From positions 1,260,001 to 1,292,000 of the forward strand of contig NZ_CP007536.1 of the NCBI RefSeq assembly GCF_000698785.1: DNA of 32,000 bases, given 5' to 3'. This document shows, piece after piece, positions 1-7,348 of the stretch; positions within the stretch are counted from its first letter, which is position 1, and every line of letters starts with the position of its first letter. The translations under genes and the position numbers were made by a program. The notes beneath the pieces were generated by a model that was not told the DNA's origin, did not search any database, and saw only the letters and a list, made by a program, of their open reading frames with translations. The stretch is from Nitrososphaera viennensis EN76. Lineage in GTDB: Archaea; Thermoproteota; Nitrososphaeria; Nitrososphaerales; Nitrososphaeraceae.

Positions 1-273
1 TGCCGCATCGAACCTGATCACGATTTCTCGCAGCCGGTAGTCGGTTATCCCAACGAGTTTTGCTCCAGCCGGCAGGGACAGGTTGGACCCTTCTTTTCTT
101 GCCACAACCTGTACCTCCATTTCCCAGGTTCCCCTGCAGATCAGTATGTCAAAAGAAGAAGCAACGCCAAAGTAGTCGTAAATGACTTTGTTGGCATGCT
201 CTATCAAAAGGAAAACATTTTGCATTTCTTGCAACGAAGTTTCAGTTAGAAAAGTTACGACGGACCCGGACAT
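1..273 (-). CDS. hypothetical protein, partial (N-terminal 91 codons; gene continues past the window start)
   Basis: ATG at 273 on the complement is followed by 91 sense codons reaching base 1 with no stop. My translation is MSGSVVTFLTETSLQEMQNVFLLIEHANKV...RLREIVIRFDAA. It is missing from the supplied track, probably because it has no stop in the window. No family recognised. Confidence 0.4.
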   Translation of the reverse strand, partial: MSGSVVTFLTETSLQEMQNVFLLIEHANKVIYDYFGVASSFDILICRGTWEMEVQVVARKEGSNLSLPAGAKLVGITDYRLREIVIRFDAA

Positions 274-395
274 TGGAAGGCTATGTACGGCAAAGTATCC
301 CATTCATCACATAAAAGTCCTGCGTTGGTTACGAAATACCAGAGATTAGTTTGCCGAACAATTCCGGGGCTTGCACAAAGCAGGCTTTTGCAGCA

Positions 396-599
396 TCAGT
401 GGAGGTAAGACTCGCCGCTCTTCATGATGTGCTTTGCATCATTGAGTGAAAGCATGCCCTTTGCGACCATTATCCTCAAAAGCATGGGTACGACGTTTTC
501 CATGTTATACGGAAGCCGCGTGTCCATGAACAGCGATGGCGGGGGGAGCTTCTCATCTGAAATGATGGAATTGTTTTTCTCGGTTTCTCCTGACAACAT
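396..599 (-). CDS. small hypothetical protein (67 aa)
   Basis: Track ORF with an ATG start. An A/T-rich TATA-like stretch lies at about 620-640, just upstream on the coding strand. No recognisable domain. Confidence 0.4.
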   Translation of the reverse strand: MLSGETEKNNSIISDEKLPPPSLFMDTRLPYNMENVVPMLLRIMVAKGMLSLNDAKHIMKSGESYLH

Positions 600-687
600 A
601 TGACAATTACAAGATTGACGTATTTATATAATACTTTTTTATAAGTATACTACGTAATTTTATGAAAACAATCGAGGAATAGGCAAA

Positions 688-696
688 GTAGTTTAC
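688..696 (+). promoter_or_regulatory. GTAGWTTAC motif copy (GTAGTTTAC)
   Basis: Exact 9-mer in the intergenic region, about 93 nt upstream of the 396..599 start. Confidence 0.35.
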
Positions 697-786
697 GGAT
701 AATCGTCGATTGCCTGTGGCAAGCAGGGAATTAGCGGCTGTACAGGTGCGCGACAAGGCAAAATCGAGTGGATGAGGAGAAAGGGC

Positions 787-1263
787 CTAGCGCACCACAA
801 GAACGGGGCAGGGTGAGTGGTTTATCACGGCGTTTGTGACGCTTCCAACCAAGAGTTTCTTGAACGTGGACTGGCCCCTTGAGCCCATGACGATAAGATC
901 CACGTTATTTTTCTTGGCATATTCTGTTATCACGCCCACTTCGTGGGTACCGTCGTCAGGCAGTATTTCGGCTTTGGCGCTAACGTTCTGCTTGGCGGCA
1001 TCGTCTACTATATCAGACATCCACCGCTCAGCGGACTTTATCCTTGCTCTCCGAAAGCCCTCGACGAGCCGGACGTTGCCGTACCGGGCCTGGAGGCCTA
1101 TGGCGCCTCCCTGCTTGACATTTTCGACGACGTGCATGATGACCAGCTTGGCACCCTCCACCTTTGCAATGTGTACTGCATATTGCGCGGCCTTGCTGGA
1201 AACAGGCGATCCGTCAACAGGGACGAGGATCTTTTTCACCGAGACGTCTGCTGCGCCGGTCAT
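787..1263 (-). CDS. universal stress protein (UspA family)
   Basis: 158 aa. Typical USP layout: KKILVPVDGS near the N-terminus and a C-terminal ATP-binding region (LIVMGSRGQSTFKKLLVGSVTNAVINHSPCPVLVV). Confidence 0.9.
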   Translation of the reverse strand: MTGAADVSVKKILVPVDGSPVSSKAAQYAVHIAKVEGAKLVIMHVVENVKQGGAIGLQARYGNVRLVEGFRRARIKSAERWMSDIVDDAAKQNVSAKAEILPDDGTHEVGVITEYAKKNNVDLIVMGSRGQSTFKKLLVGSVTNAVINHSPCPVLVVR

Positions 1264-1317
1264 GATGATGACAATTGTTATTTCGAGATCGCCTAGAAAA
1301 GTCTTGCCTGTTTAGCT

Positions 1318-1326
1318 GTAGATTAC
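1318..1326 (+). promoter_or_regulatory. GTAGWTTAC motif copy (GTAGATTAC)
   Basis: Exact 9-mer, intergenic, centred about 59 nt upstream of the usp start (1263). GTAGATTACGCAT here matches GTAGTTTACGCAT upstream of ureA. Confidence 0.35.
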
Positions 1327-1350
1327 GCATCACAATTATCATTACCATCG

Positions 1351-1854
1351 TCAACCCCGCAGGAGCACATAGTCGCGCCCAAACACGAAACCGATCCACA
1401 TCAGCGCGCCCTTTTGGAACACGACTGCCATCTGCGATGCGATCTCGCCTGGCGCAACGTCGCTTTTGCCCTCCTTGCGCGCAAGGGCCATCTCGTCCGG
1501 CTGCACAAACAGCGGCATCTTGACCTCCGGCAGGCCTTTTTCCTTGCGCATGTGATTCAGCATATTCAGTATCAGATCAAGGTCATGCTTGACATCAGGG
1601 AGAAGCAGGTTTTCTCTGTATACGGCAACAATGTCGGTGGTGCCGCCGTTCTTGACCCTTGCGACCCGGAATAGCGCCGGGAGTTTTTTCCATTCGGGAT
1701 AAAATTCAGTCAGTGCCGAAACCAGCTCGTCGATTTCACCCCGGAAGGCCGACAGGTCGTCCTCGCTCCCGCGCTTTTGCCGCGCGATTATCTTTTCGAT
1801 CTCGGATTTTACCTGCAAAACGTCCTTGAGAGGCTTGACGTTAAAGAGCACCAC
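1351..1854 (-). CDS. hypothetical protein (167 aa)
   Basis: Track ORF with a GTG start at 1854. The composition looks protein-like and no competing ORF has better support. No family recognised. Confidence 0.6.
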   Translation of the reverse strand: MVLFNVKPLKDVLQVKSEIEKIIARQKRGSEDDLSAFRGEIDELVSALTEFYPEWKKLPALFRVARVKNGGTTDIVAVYRENLLLPDVKHDLDLILNMLNHMRKEKGLPEVKMPLFVQPDEMALARKEGKSDVAPGEIASQMAVVFQKGALMWIGFVFGRDYVLLRG

Positions 1855-1926
1855 AAAGATAGGCGGCTCTTGCTTTTCAATGTTGCCGTGAAAAATGAAA
1901 AACGCAAGAAAAAAAAATTTATGCTG

Positions 1927-2088
1927 CTACTTGTGCGTCTTGTGTCGTGATTCTGGCCTTTCGTACGTCGTGCTTTCGATCCTTTCAAGGTCGCGCTCTA
2001 TGCCCGGCTGGAACTTGTTCTTGGCGTACCAGACGGCGGCGGCGCTTCCCCCGATTATCGCTGCAACTGTGATCGCTTCCTCGAGCAT
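1927..2088 (-). CDS. candidate small membrane protein (53 aa)
   Basis: Below the track length cutoff and translated by hand: MLEEAITVAAIIGGSAAAVWYAKNKFQPGIERDLERIESTTYERPESRHKTHK*. It has one hydrophobic helix then a charged tail. A TATA-like GGTTTATATGC lies about 25-30 nt upstream. It looks more coding than the overlapping + strand ORF 1895..2140. Confidence 0.3.
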   Translation of the reverse strand: MLEEAITVAAIIGGSAAAVWYAKNKFQPGIERDLERIESTTYERPESRHKTHK

Positions 2089-2259
2089 ACGCTTTCAATG
2101 CGGCCTTTTGCATATAAACCCTGATTGTAGGATAATATGAGAAACCGCAAATATTATGCTACGGAAATTCTGTATTATTATTTGTAAAGTAGAAGAATTA
2201 TCACACCACAAGCTCATAAACAATATATTTATTACAACAAGGCGTACCAAGCGAGATTT

Positions 2260-2268
2260 GTAAACTAC
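2260..2268 (-). promoter_or_regulatory. GTAGWTTAC motif copy (reads GTAGTTTAC on the minus strand)
   Basis: Exact 9-mer (forward GTAAACTAC) in the AT-rich spacer 2089-2280. Confidence 0.3.
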
Positions 2269-2280
2269 GCACGCATACGA

Positions 2281-2802
2281 CTACAAGCTCAGGACCCGCT
2301 TGGCCTCGCTGACCCGGTCGAGCAGATCCTTCAGGAAAATGTCGGCAAACTGGTCAAACGTAAACACGGAATATTTCTGGCGGTATTCCTGCTTGCGCTT
2401 CTGGTACTCTTCCTCCAGCCACCGGAAATCCGATTCTTTCAGCTTGACGATGAAATTCTGCGACTTGGCTTTTGACTCGAACATGTTGAGCATAAAGTAG
2501 CTGGCAAACTGGGTAAAGCTGTTTGCGCGGTACCTGCGGTTGTACTCTTCCTTGTATTTTTCAAAGTTCTCGTCAAGCCATGCCTTGACGTCTGACCTGA
2601 TGGTAAGCGACGTATAGCGGCCGCCGAAATCCTCCTTTATGGCGCACGTGTCCACCGTGTAGTAGCCGCGCTTTATCTCGTTCATAAGGATGATGAGAGC
2701 GCTAGGGAGGAACATACCTGGATAGTACTCGTCCGTTATCTGTTGCAGCTTCGCCAAGATGGCTGGCTTTAGGCCTATCGTGGCATATCCTTGGCTAGGC
2801 AT
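2281..2802 (-). CDS. hypothetical protein with a possible ribbon-helix-helix N-terminus and an internal duplicated helical module
   Basis: 173 aa. The N-terminus (YATIGLKPAILAKLQQITDEY) looks like a strand-helix RHH start. Two approximately 34-aa repeats, W75-F108 and W128-L161, share WL-E---K-K-EY---Y----F-QFA--F. Confidence 0.65.
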   Translation of the reverse strand: MPSQGYATIGLKPAILAKLQQITDEYYPGMFLPSALIILMNEIKRGYYTVDTCAIKEDFGGRYTSLTIRSDVKAWLDENFEKYKEEYNRRYRANSFTQFASYFMLNMFESKAKSQNFIVKLKESDFRWLEEEYQKRKQEYRQKYSVFTFDQFADIFLKDLLDRVSEAKRVLSL

Positions 2803-2871
2803 ACAGAAGATTCAAGCCCTCTTGCATCTAAATAACCTTTTTATAAAAAAGAAGAGGTTTTGAACCCTGCC

Positions 2872-4395
2872 CTACCTCCCCACTGGCTCCATGTAGCCCT
2901 TCAGGTCCTCGCCCCTGACGACATCCTCTTCTGGTGGGACATATTCGATGACGCCGTGCCTCTGCTCCCCGGGGTATCTTTTCTGCGTCGCAAGCGCGAC
3001 TATGATAAACGCTGCAAACGATATGGGCGGAGGTATCATCGTGTCAAGGCCCGCGTACTCTGCAGGAATAGTCAGGAACAACAGGAGCCTGATGGCAGAG
3101 CCCACGATGAGCGACGTGATCGCAGCAGGCATGTTGGCCTTTTTCCAGAACAGCCCAAGTGTGAGCGGGGCCCAGGCGCCGGCAAACACGATGTCAAACG
3201 CAAGCACGAGGTAGATTCCCGGCTGCGGGAGCAGGTATCCGAGGATAAACGCCGCAACCATCATCGGTACCGTAAAGAGGCGCGTGGTCATGAGCAGTTT
3301 TTTGTCCTCCATGCCAGAACGTTTCAGCATCCTGCGCAGGATGTCGCGCTGGATGATGTTCCTTGACATGACCGATGATATCGCAAGGAGCCCGCCGTTG
3401 GCAGTAGACATCGACGCGCCAAGCACGCCCATCATGAGCGCGGCCCCTATCGGAAACGGCATGTGGTTTATCGCAAGCTCCGGGTAGGCCGTAAACGGAT
3501 CTGCGATGTTTGGAAGCACAAAGAGCGCGATTATGCCCATCATGCTGGTCGGGATGACCGTAAACAGGGTGAGGCCGGCGCCCATGAACGCGCCGCGCTG
3601 CGCCGTCCTGCCGTCCCTTGCCGCAAAAACCCGCTCCATAAAGTCCAGCGCCACGATGTCGCCGAGGCCAAGCGCCATTATGCTTGCCCAGTTGACGTAC
3701 GCGCCGTTTGCCGGGTCAGTGAGCCCTGACAAATCAAGGTACGCGGGCGGCGCGTTGCCAAGTATGGTGCCAAAGTCGACGCCGTAAAAACCGCCTGCAA
3801 AGAACAGGAACGCCGCCCAGAACGCGCCTATTGCAAGATATATCTGGAAAATGTCCGTATAGGCAGACGAAAAGAGGCCGCCTGCGTACGTGTAGACCAA
3901 GACTATTAGCGCGGCGATAAGCATGCCCCAGAAAAGGTCGATTCCAAAGACAGATTGCAGAATAAAGCCGCTTGCTGCAAAGTTGCCGGCGACAAGCACG
4001 ATGAAGCTTATCATCATGAGCACGCCTGAAATGCCTTCGGCGCCGTTGCCAAAGCGCCGGTAGTAAAAGTCAGGCAACGTCAAAAGAGCCATCTTGTTCA
4101 GCCTCTTGCCGTAAATGGTCCCTGTGAGTATGAGGCATATGCCCAAGCCTATCGGGATTGCGGCGCCGGCCCAGAATCCAAACTGGTACACCAAAGACAC
4201 GTTTCCAAGCGACGAGTTGCCATCGATTGACTGCGCGGCAAGCATCGTTCCCACAAAGAACAGAGGGAGACTTTTTCCGGCGACCATGTACCTCTTGCTA
4301 CTTTTCTTTACAAGCCTTGATGTCAGCGTGCCAACGACAAGCGACAGCACAAGGAATGCCGTAATAGCTATTCCAAACCCGTCCAGCCCAGCCAT
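2872..4395 (-). CDS. sodium:solute symporter (SSS/SSF) family transporter, putative urea transporter
   Basis: 507 aa, polytopic and very hydrophobic, with an SSF-like sequence. Thaumarchaeal urease loci are known to be accompanied by SSS-type (DUR3-like) urea transporters. The substrate is inferred from context only. Confidence 0.88.
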   Translation of the reverse strand: MAGLDGFGIAITAFLVLSLVVGTLTSRLVKKSSKRYMVAGKSLPLFFVGTMLAAQSIDGNSSLGNVSLVYQFGFWAGAAIPIGLGICLILTGTIYGKRLNKMALLTLPDFYYRRFGNGAEGISGVLMMISFIVLVAGNFAASGFILQSVFGIDLFWGMLIAALIVLVYTYAGGLFSSAYTDIFQIYLAIGAFWAAFLFFAGGFYGVDFGTILGNAPPAYLDLSGLTDPANGAYVNWASIMALGLGDIVALDFMERVFAARDGRTAQRGAFMGAGLTLFTVIPTSMMGIIALFVLPNIADPFTAYPELAINHMPFPIGAALMMGVLGASMSTANGGLLAISSVMSRNIIQRDILRRMLKRSGMEDKKLLMTTRLFTVPMMVAAFILGYLLPQPGIYLVLAFDIVFAGAWAPLTLGLFWKKANMPAAITSLIVGSAIRLLLFLTIPAEYAGLDTMIPPPISFAAFIIVALATQKRYPGEQRHGVIEYVPPEEDVVRGEDLKGYMEPVGR

Positions 4396-4404
4396 ACCCT
4401 TATC

Positions 4405-4427
4405 TTATATATTTAGTAAATATATAA
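4405..4427. promoter_or_regulatory. 23-bp perfect palindrome TTATATATTTA-G-TAAATATATAA, the presumptive TATA/operator of the SSS transporter gene
   Basis: Read directly. The distal arm is centred about 26 nt upstream of the ATG at 4395, which fits a leaderless transcript. It is 22/23 identical to 16599..16621. Confidence 0.5.
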
Positions 4428-4440
4428 AACTTGCTAAGAT

Positions 4441-4460
4441 AAAAAGTTCGACTGTCGAAC
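4441..4460 (-). terminator. hairpin plus oligo-T, a candidate terminator of the 4479..4751 gene
   Basis: Perfect 7-bp-arm palindrome GTTCGAC-T-GTCGAAC (4446..4460), 19 nt downstream of the stop. On the minus strand it is followed directly by TTTTT (4441..4445). Confidence 0.35.
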
Positions 4461-4478
4461 GCGCGCGTACGTCCACCA

Positions 4479-4751
4479 CTAGGCACTCTTGCAGATGCCC
4501 AGCATTTTCAGAACGTGGAAGGAAAAACTGATGTCTTCTTTGGCGATGTCTGGGATTGGCTCGCCTGCCTCGTGCTTCAGGTCCTGGAGAAAGTCATAGA
4601 TCTCGTCGACGGTCACAGGAGCGTTCTGGTAGCCAACCTTTTCGTTTACGGTGTTGTACATGGAGATATAATAGCTAAGGAAGGTAGTCTTCATCAAAGT
4701 CTTGTCCGCGCCGGCCGTTGCCCGGATGACTCGGGACGTGCTTCCTTTCAT
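4479..4751 (-). CDS. hypothetical protein (90 aa, or 71 aa from the internal Met)
   Basis: Track ORF with no recognised family. The antisense ORF 4515..4757 is less protein-like. Confidence 0.5.
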   Translation of the reverse strand: MKGSTSRVIRATAGADKTLMKTTFLSYYISMYNTVNEKVGYQNAPVTVDEIYDFLQDLKHEAGEPIPDIAKEDISFSFHVLKMLGICKSA

Positions 4752-4796
4752 GCTTGATGGGTGCCTGCGAATGATATAAGCATTGAGATAAAAACT

Positions 4797-4805
4797 GTAA
4801 ACTAC
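4797..4805 (-). promoter_or_regulatory. GTAGWTTAC motif copy (reads ACGTAGTTTAC on the minus strand)
   Basis: Exact 9-mer, centred about 50 nt upstream of the 4479..4751 start. A one-mismatch variant, GCGTAGACTAC, lies at 4828..4838. Confidence 0.35.
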
Positions 4806-4905
4806 GTATCTAGCCTTGCAGCATGATGCGTAGACTACAACTGGTAGGAAAAAGTATCCGGGATCTTCATTATTGAAGGCGTTTTGCAGGATAATTTATA
4901 AATAC

Positions 4906-4914
4906 GTAGATTAC
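4906..4914 (+). promoter_or_regulatory. GTAGWTTAC motif copy (ACGTAGATTAC)
   Basis: Exact 9-mer lying between the TATA-like TTTATAAATA (4893..4902) and the ParB-like ATG (4928). Confidence 0.4.
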
Positions 4915-4927
4915 TAATACTTTTGCG

Positions 4928-5677
4928 ATGCAGGTCAAGAACATCCCTGTCAACATGATAGACATAGCCGAGGAAAACGTCAGGAAGGACCACTCTTTCG
5001 GGGAGGACGACAAGGACAGGCTCATCAAGGAGCACTTGTCAAAGTTTGACCTGCTGCAGCCGGTCGTCGTGCGCTTTGACGACAAGAGCAGGCGCTACAA
5101 GCTGCTGATAGGGCGCAGGCGCTTTTTCGCGCTCAGCGCCAAGGGCGAGACCCAGATACCCGCCGTCGTCACTGAGCTGGAGGGCGCAGAGGCAGAAGCC
5201 GCGTCGCTCTTTGAGAACCTCATAAGAAAAGACCTGTCGCCGCTTGAAAAGGCAAGGATGGTCAAGAGGCTCGTCGACACCACAAAAGCAGGCATTACAG
5301 GTGTAGCGGCAAAGTACGGCCTGCCAAAGAGCACGGTGAGCGAGTGGCTCAGCATATTATCATTGCCGCAGGTGCTGCAGGACAACATCGACCAGGGCAG
5401 GATAACTTCGTACGAGGCCATCAGGATAGCAAGAAAGCCAAAGACTGTGCAAGAGAAACTGGTAGTCGCGGCGCAGGAGGGCAGGCTGCAGGAAGAGATG
5501 GCCGAAGCAGGGGTAAAGCGCGGGGCGCCAAAGGGCCTGCTGACTGTCCGCCTTGTGTTCGACCCGAGGAAAAAATCCGACAAGCAGCTGTGGGAAAAGC
5601 TCAACGCAAAGGCAGAGGAGAGCGGCCTTGACGTCACCGACTATGCGAGGAGCATCCTTTCAAGGCACGTGCAGTAA
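4928..5677 (+). CDS. ParB/Spo0J-like N-terminal domain protein with HTH (orphan, no ParA adjacent)
   Basis: 249 aa. The ParB-type N-domain carries the arginine patch (LLIGRRRFFAL, compare the GxxRxxA box). It is followed by an HTH resembling ParB (ITGVAAKYGLPKSTVSEWLSILSLPQVLQ). Confidence 0.8.
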   Translation: MQVKNIPVNMIDIAEENVRKDHSFGEDDKDRLIKEHLSKFDLLQPVVVRFDDKSRRYKLLIGRRRFFALSAKGETQIPAVVTELEGAEAEAASLFENLIRKDLSPLEKARMVKRLVDTTKAGITGVAAKYGLPKSTVSEWLSILSLPQVLQDNIDQGRITSYEAIRIARKPKTVQEKLVVAAQEGRLQEEMAEAGVKRGAPKGLLTVRLVFDPRKKSDKQLWEKLNAKAEESGLDVTDYARSILSRHVQ

Positions 5678-5688
5678 GACACACGCAC

Positions 5689-5697
5689 GTAGATTAC
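5689..5697 (+). promoter_or_regulatory. GTAGWTTAC motif copy (GCACGTAGATTAC, distal)
   Basis: First copy of a 13-bp direct repeat, GCACGTAGATTAC (5685..5697), repeated at 5728..5740. Confidence 0.4.
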
Positions 5698-5731
5698 GTT
5701 CTTTGGCGCGCTCGTGCGCAAAAAGTGGCAC

Positions 5732-5740
5732 GTAGATTAC
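5732..5740 (+). promoter_or_regulatory. GTAGWTTAC motif copy (GCACGTAGATTAC, proximal)
   Basis: Second copy of the 13-bp direct repeat. It is centred about 56 nt upstream of the ureohydrolase ATG (5792), just upstream of the TATA-like ATATTTAAGAAAT. Confidence 0.4.
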
Positions 5741-5791
5741 TTAGCAATATTTAAGAAATACTTACTAATTACTTACAGGTGCTGAAAAGGC

Positions 5792-6940
5792 ATGGGAATG
5801 GAATTTTACGGTGATTCGTACAAGGGAAATGACGAGCCGATTTTTGTAGGCATACCAACCTTCCTAAAGCTGCCCTGGCTAAGGAGCAAGGCAGAGCTGG
5901 AAAAAGTCAGGCCGGACGTGGCCATCATAGGAGAGCCGTTCGACTTTGGCACCACCATCCGCCCGGGAGCAAGGTACGGCCCAAGGGCAATCCGCGCGGC
6001 CTCGACCGTCCCGTCCCCGCCGTACGAGCACTTTAACATAGAGACAGGCGTCGACCCGTTTGGCGTGTTCAGGACAGTCGACTATGGCGACGTCAACATA
6101 TCGCCCGGCGACGTGGTAGAGTCGCACAGGCGCATGACAGAGAAGGTGAAGGAGGTGCTTGACATCGACGGCATCCCGGTGATGCTTGGCGGAGATCATT
6201 CAATTACGTTTGCCAACGTGCGCGCCTTTGCAAAAAAATACAAGAACATCGGCATGATCCACATCGACACCCATGCCGACTGCGCGCCGCAGGGCCTGAC
6301 AGGCTTCAAGTACGACCACGGCGCCCACATCCGCAGGATAATGGAGCTTGGGTGCCTCAAGGGCAAGAACTACACCCTCATCGGCCCGAGGGGCTACTGG
6401 CCGGGGCCGGACCTCTACAAGTGGATGGCCGACCAGGACTTTCAGTGGTTCACTATGCTCGACGTTGAAGAACTTGGAATCGACAAGATAGCAAAAGAGG
6501 CAGCAGACAGGGCAAACGACAACGTCGACGCAGTCTACATCAGCTGGGACATTGACACGTTTGACCCCGCGTATGCGCCGGGAACAGGCGAGCCGGAGCC
6601 AAACGGCCTGACTTCCAGAGAAGGCATGCGCCTCATGCGCCTGCTTTCGACGTCATTTGACCCGGACAGGTTTGCGTTTGACCTTGTCGAAGTCGCGCCA
6701 AACTATGACGTAAGCGACGGAAGCTCGTACAATGGTGGCATCACGTCCGGCCTTGCCAACAGGCTCATTGTCGAGTTGCTTGCCGGCCTGTCGCTGACAA
6801 AGAAGGGCAAGACGGAAGGGACCCCGGTGAGGCCAAACCTCTACCGCGGAAAAGGCCACACGTACGACTTTGGCAACGGACCCAAGGCCAAGGTGCCAAA
6901 GAGGCCGCCCCTGAACTACGGCCCAAAGGTAAAGAGGTAG
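5792..6940 (+). CDS. arginase-family ureohydrolase (agmatinase-like) with a roughly 50-aa basic C-terminal extension
   Basis: 382 aa. All arginase-family metal-binding motifs are present: GGDHSIT, IHIDTHADC (DxHxD) and SWDIDTFDPAYAPGTG (SxDxDxxDP). The substrate (agmatine or another guanidino compound) cannot be told from the sequence. Confidence 0.9.
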   Translation: MGMEFYGDSYKGNDEPIFVGIPTFLKLPWLRSKAELEKVRPDVAIIGEPFDFGTTIRPGARYGPRAIRAASTVPSPPYEHFNIETGVDPFGVFRTVDYGDVNISPGDVVESHRRMTEKVKEVLDIDGIPVMLGGDHSITFANVRAFAKKYKNIGMIHIDTHADCAPQGLTGFKYDHGAHIRRIMELGCLKGKNYTLIGPRGYWPGPDLYKWMADQDFQWFTMLDVEELGIDKIAKEAADRANDNVDAVYISWDIDTFDPAYAPGTGEPEPNGLTSREGMRLMRLLSTSFDPDRFAFDLVEVAPNYDVSDGSSYNGGITSGLANRLIVELLAGLSLTKKGKTEGTPVRPNLYRGKGHTYDFGNGPKAKVPKRPPLNYGPKVKR

Positions 6941-6943
6941 CAG

Positions 6944-7339
6944 ATGATCTACATCAAGGCAGTTGCAAAGGGCGAGCCTGACGCGGCCCCCCTTGCCAAA
7001 TTTTTTCAGTACATCGATTCTACGGACGAAGTCATCCTGCAGCATTCGATAGAGATGGTAAAGGACAAGATTGACAAAAACCTGAAGCTGAACGTAAACG
7101 AGGCATTTTTGCTGTACGCGTATTTTGTTGCAAACCAGATGCGCGCCAAGAAGAAGGCGGCCGAGATCGAAAAGGACGCCAAGTCGCTCCTTTCGCCAGG
7201 CCAAGTCATGATAGGCGTCCCGGAAACTTTGAGGATTGTCACGTTTGACGCCATAGTTGACGGGAAAAGGGAATGGGTGACTTTGCAAGAGCCCATGTCC
7301 GTGTCAAGCTACGTAATGGCAGCCAATCATCAAGGCTAA
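6944..7339 (+). CDS. urease gamma subunit (UreA)-like paralog with N- and C-terminal extensions
   Basis: 131 aa, with the ATG 3 nt after the ureohydrolase stop. A hand alignment to the ureA product in this window gives about 23 identities over about 71 positions. Examples are LKLN-EA, LLSPGQVMIGVPE against [13 protein letters not shown], and DG..VT..P. Confidence 0.75.
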   Translation: MIYIKAVAKGEPDAAPLAKFFQYIDSTDEVILQHSIEMVKDKIDKNLKLNVNEAFLLYAYFVANQMRAKKKAAEIEKDAKSLLSPGQVMIGVPETLRIVTFDAIVDGKREWVTLQEPMSVSSYVMAANHQG

Positions 7340-7348
7340 TAATAATTC

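Noticed and set aside
1895-2140. 81-aa + strand ORF
   Set aside because: It is Cys/Leu-rich and not protein-like. The opposite strand carries a more plausible 53-aa single-TM ORF (1927..2088) with a TATA-like box at the right distance.
5095-5637. 180-aa antisense ORF within the ParB-like gene. Similar long antisense ORFs are 836..1315, 6653..7288, 9466..10014, 12387..12938, 23665..24357, 26748..27422 and 28856..29428.
   Set aside because: Each overlaps, on the opposite strand, a gene with recognisable family motifs. None has a recognisable motif of its own. All are treated as shadow ORFs.
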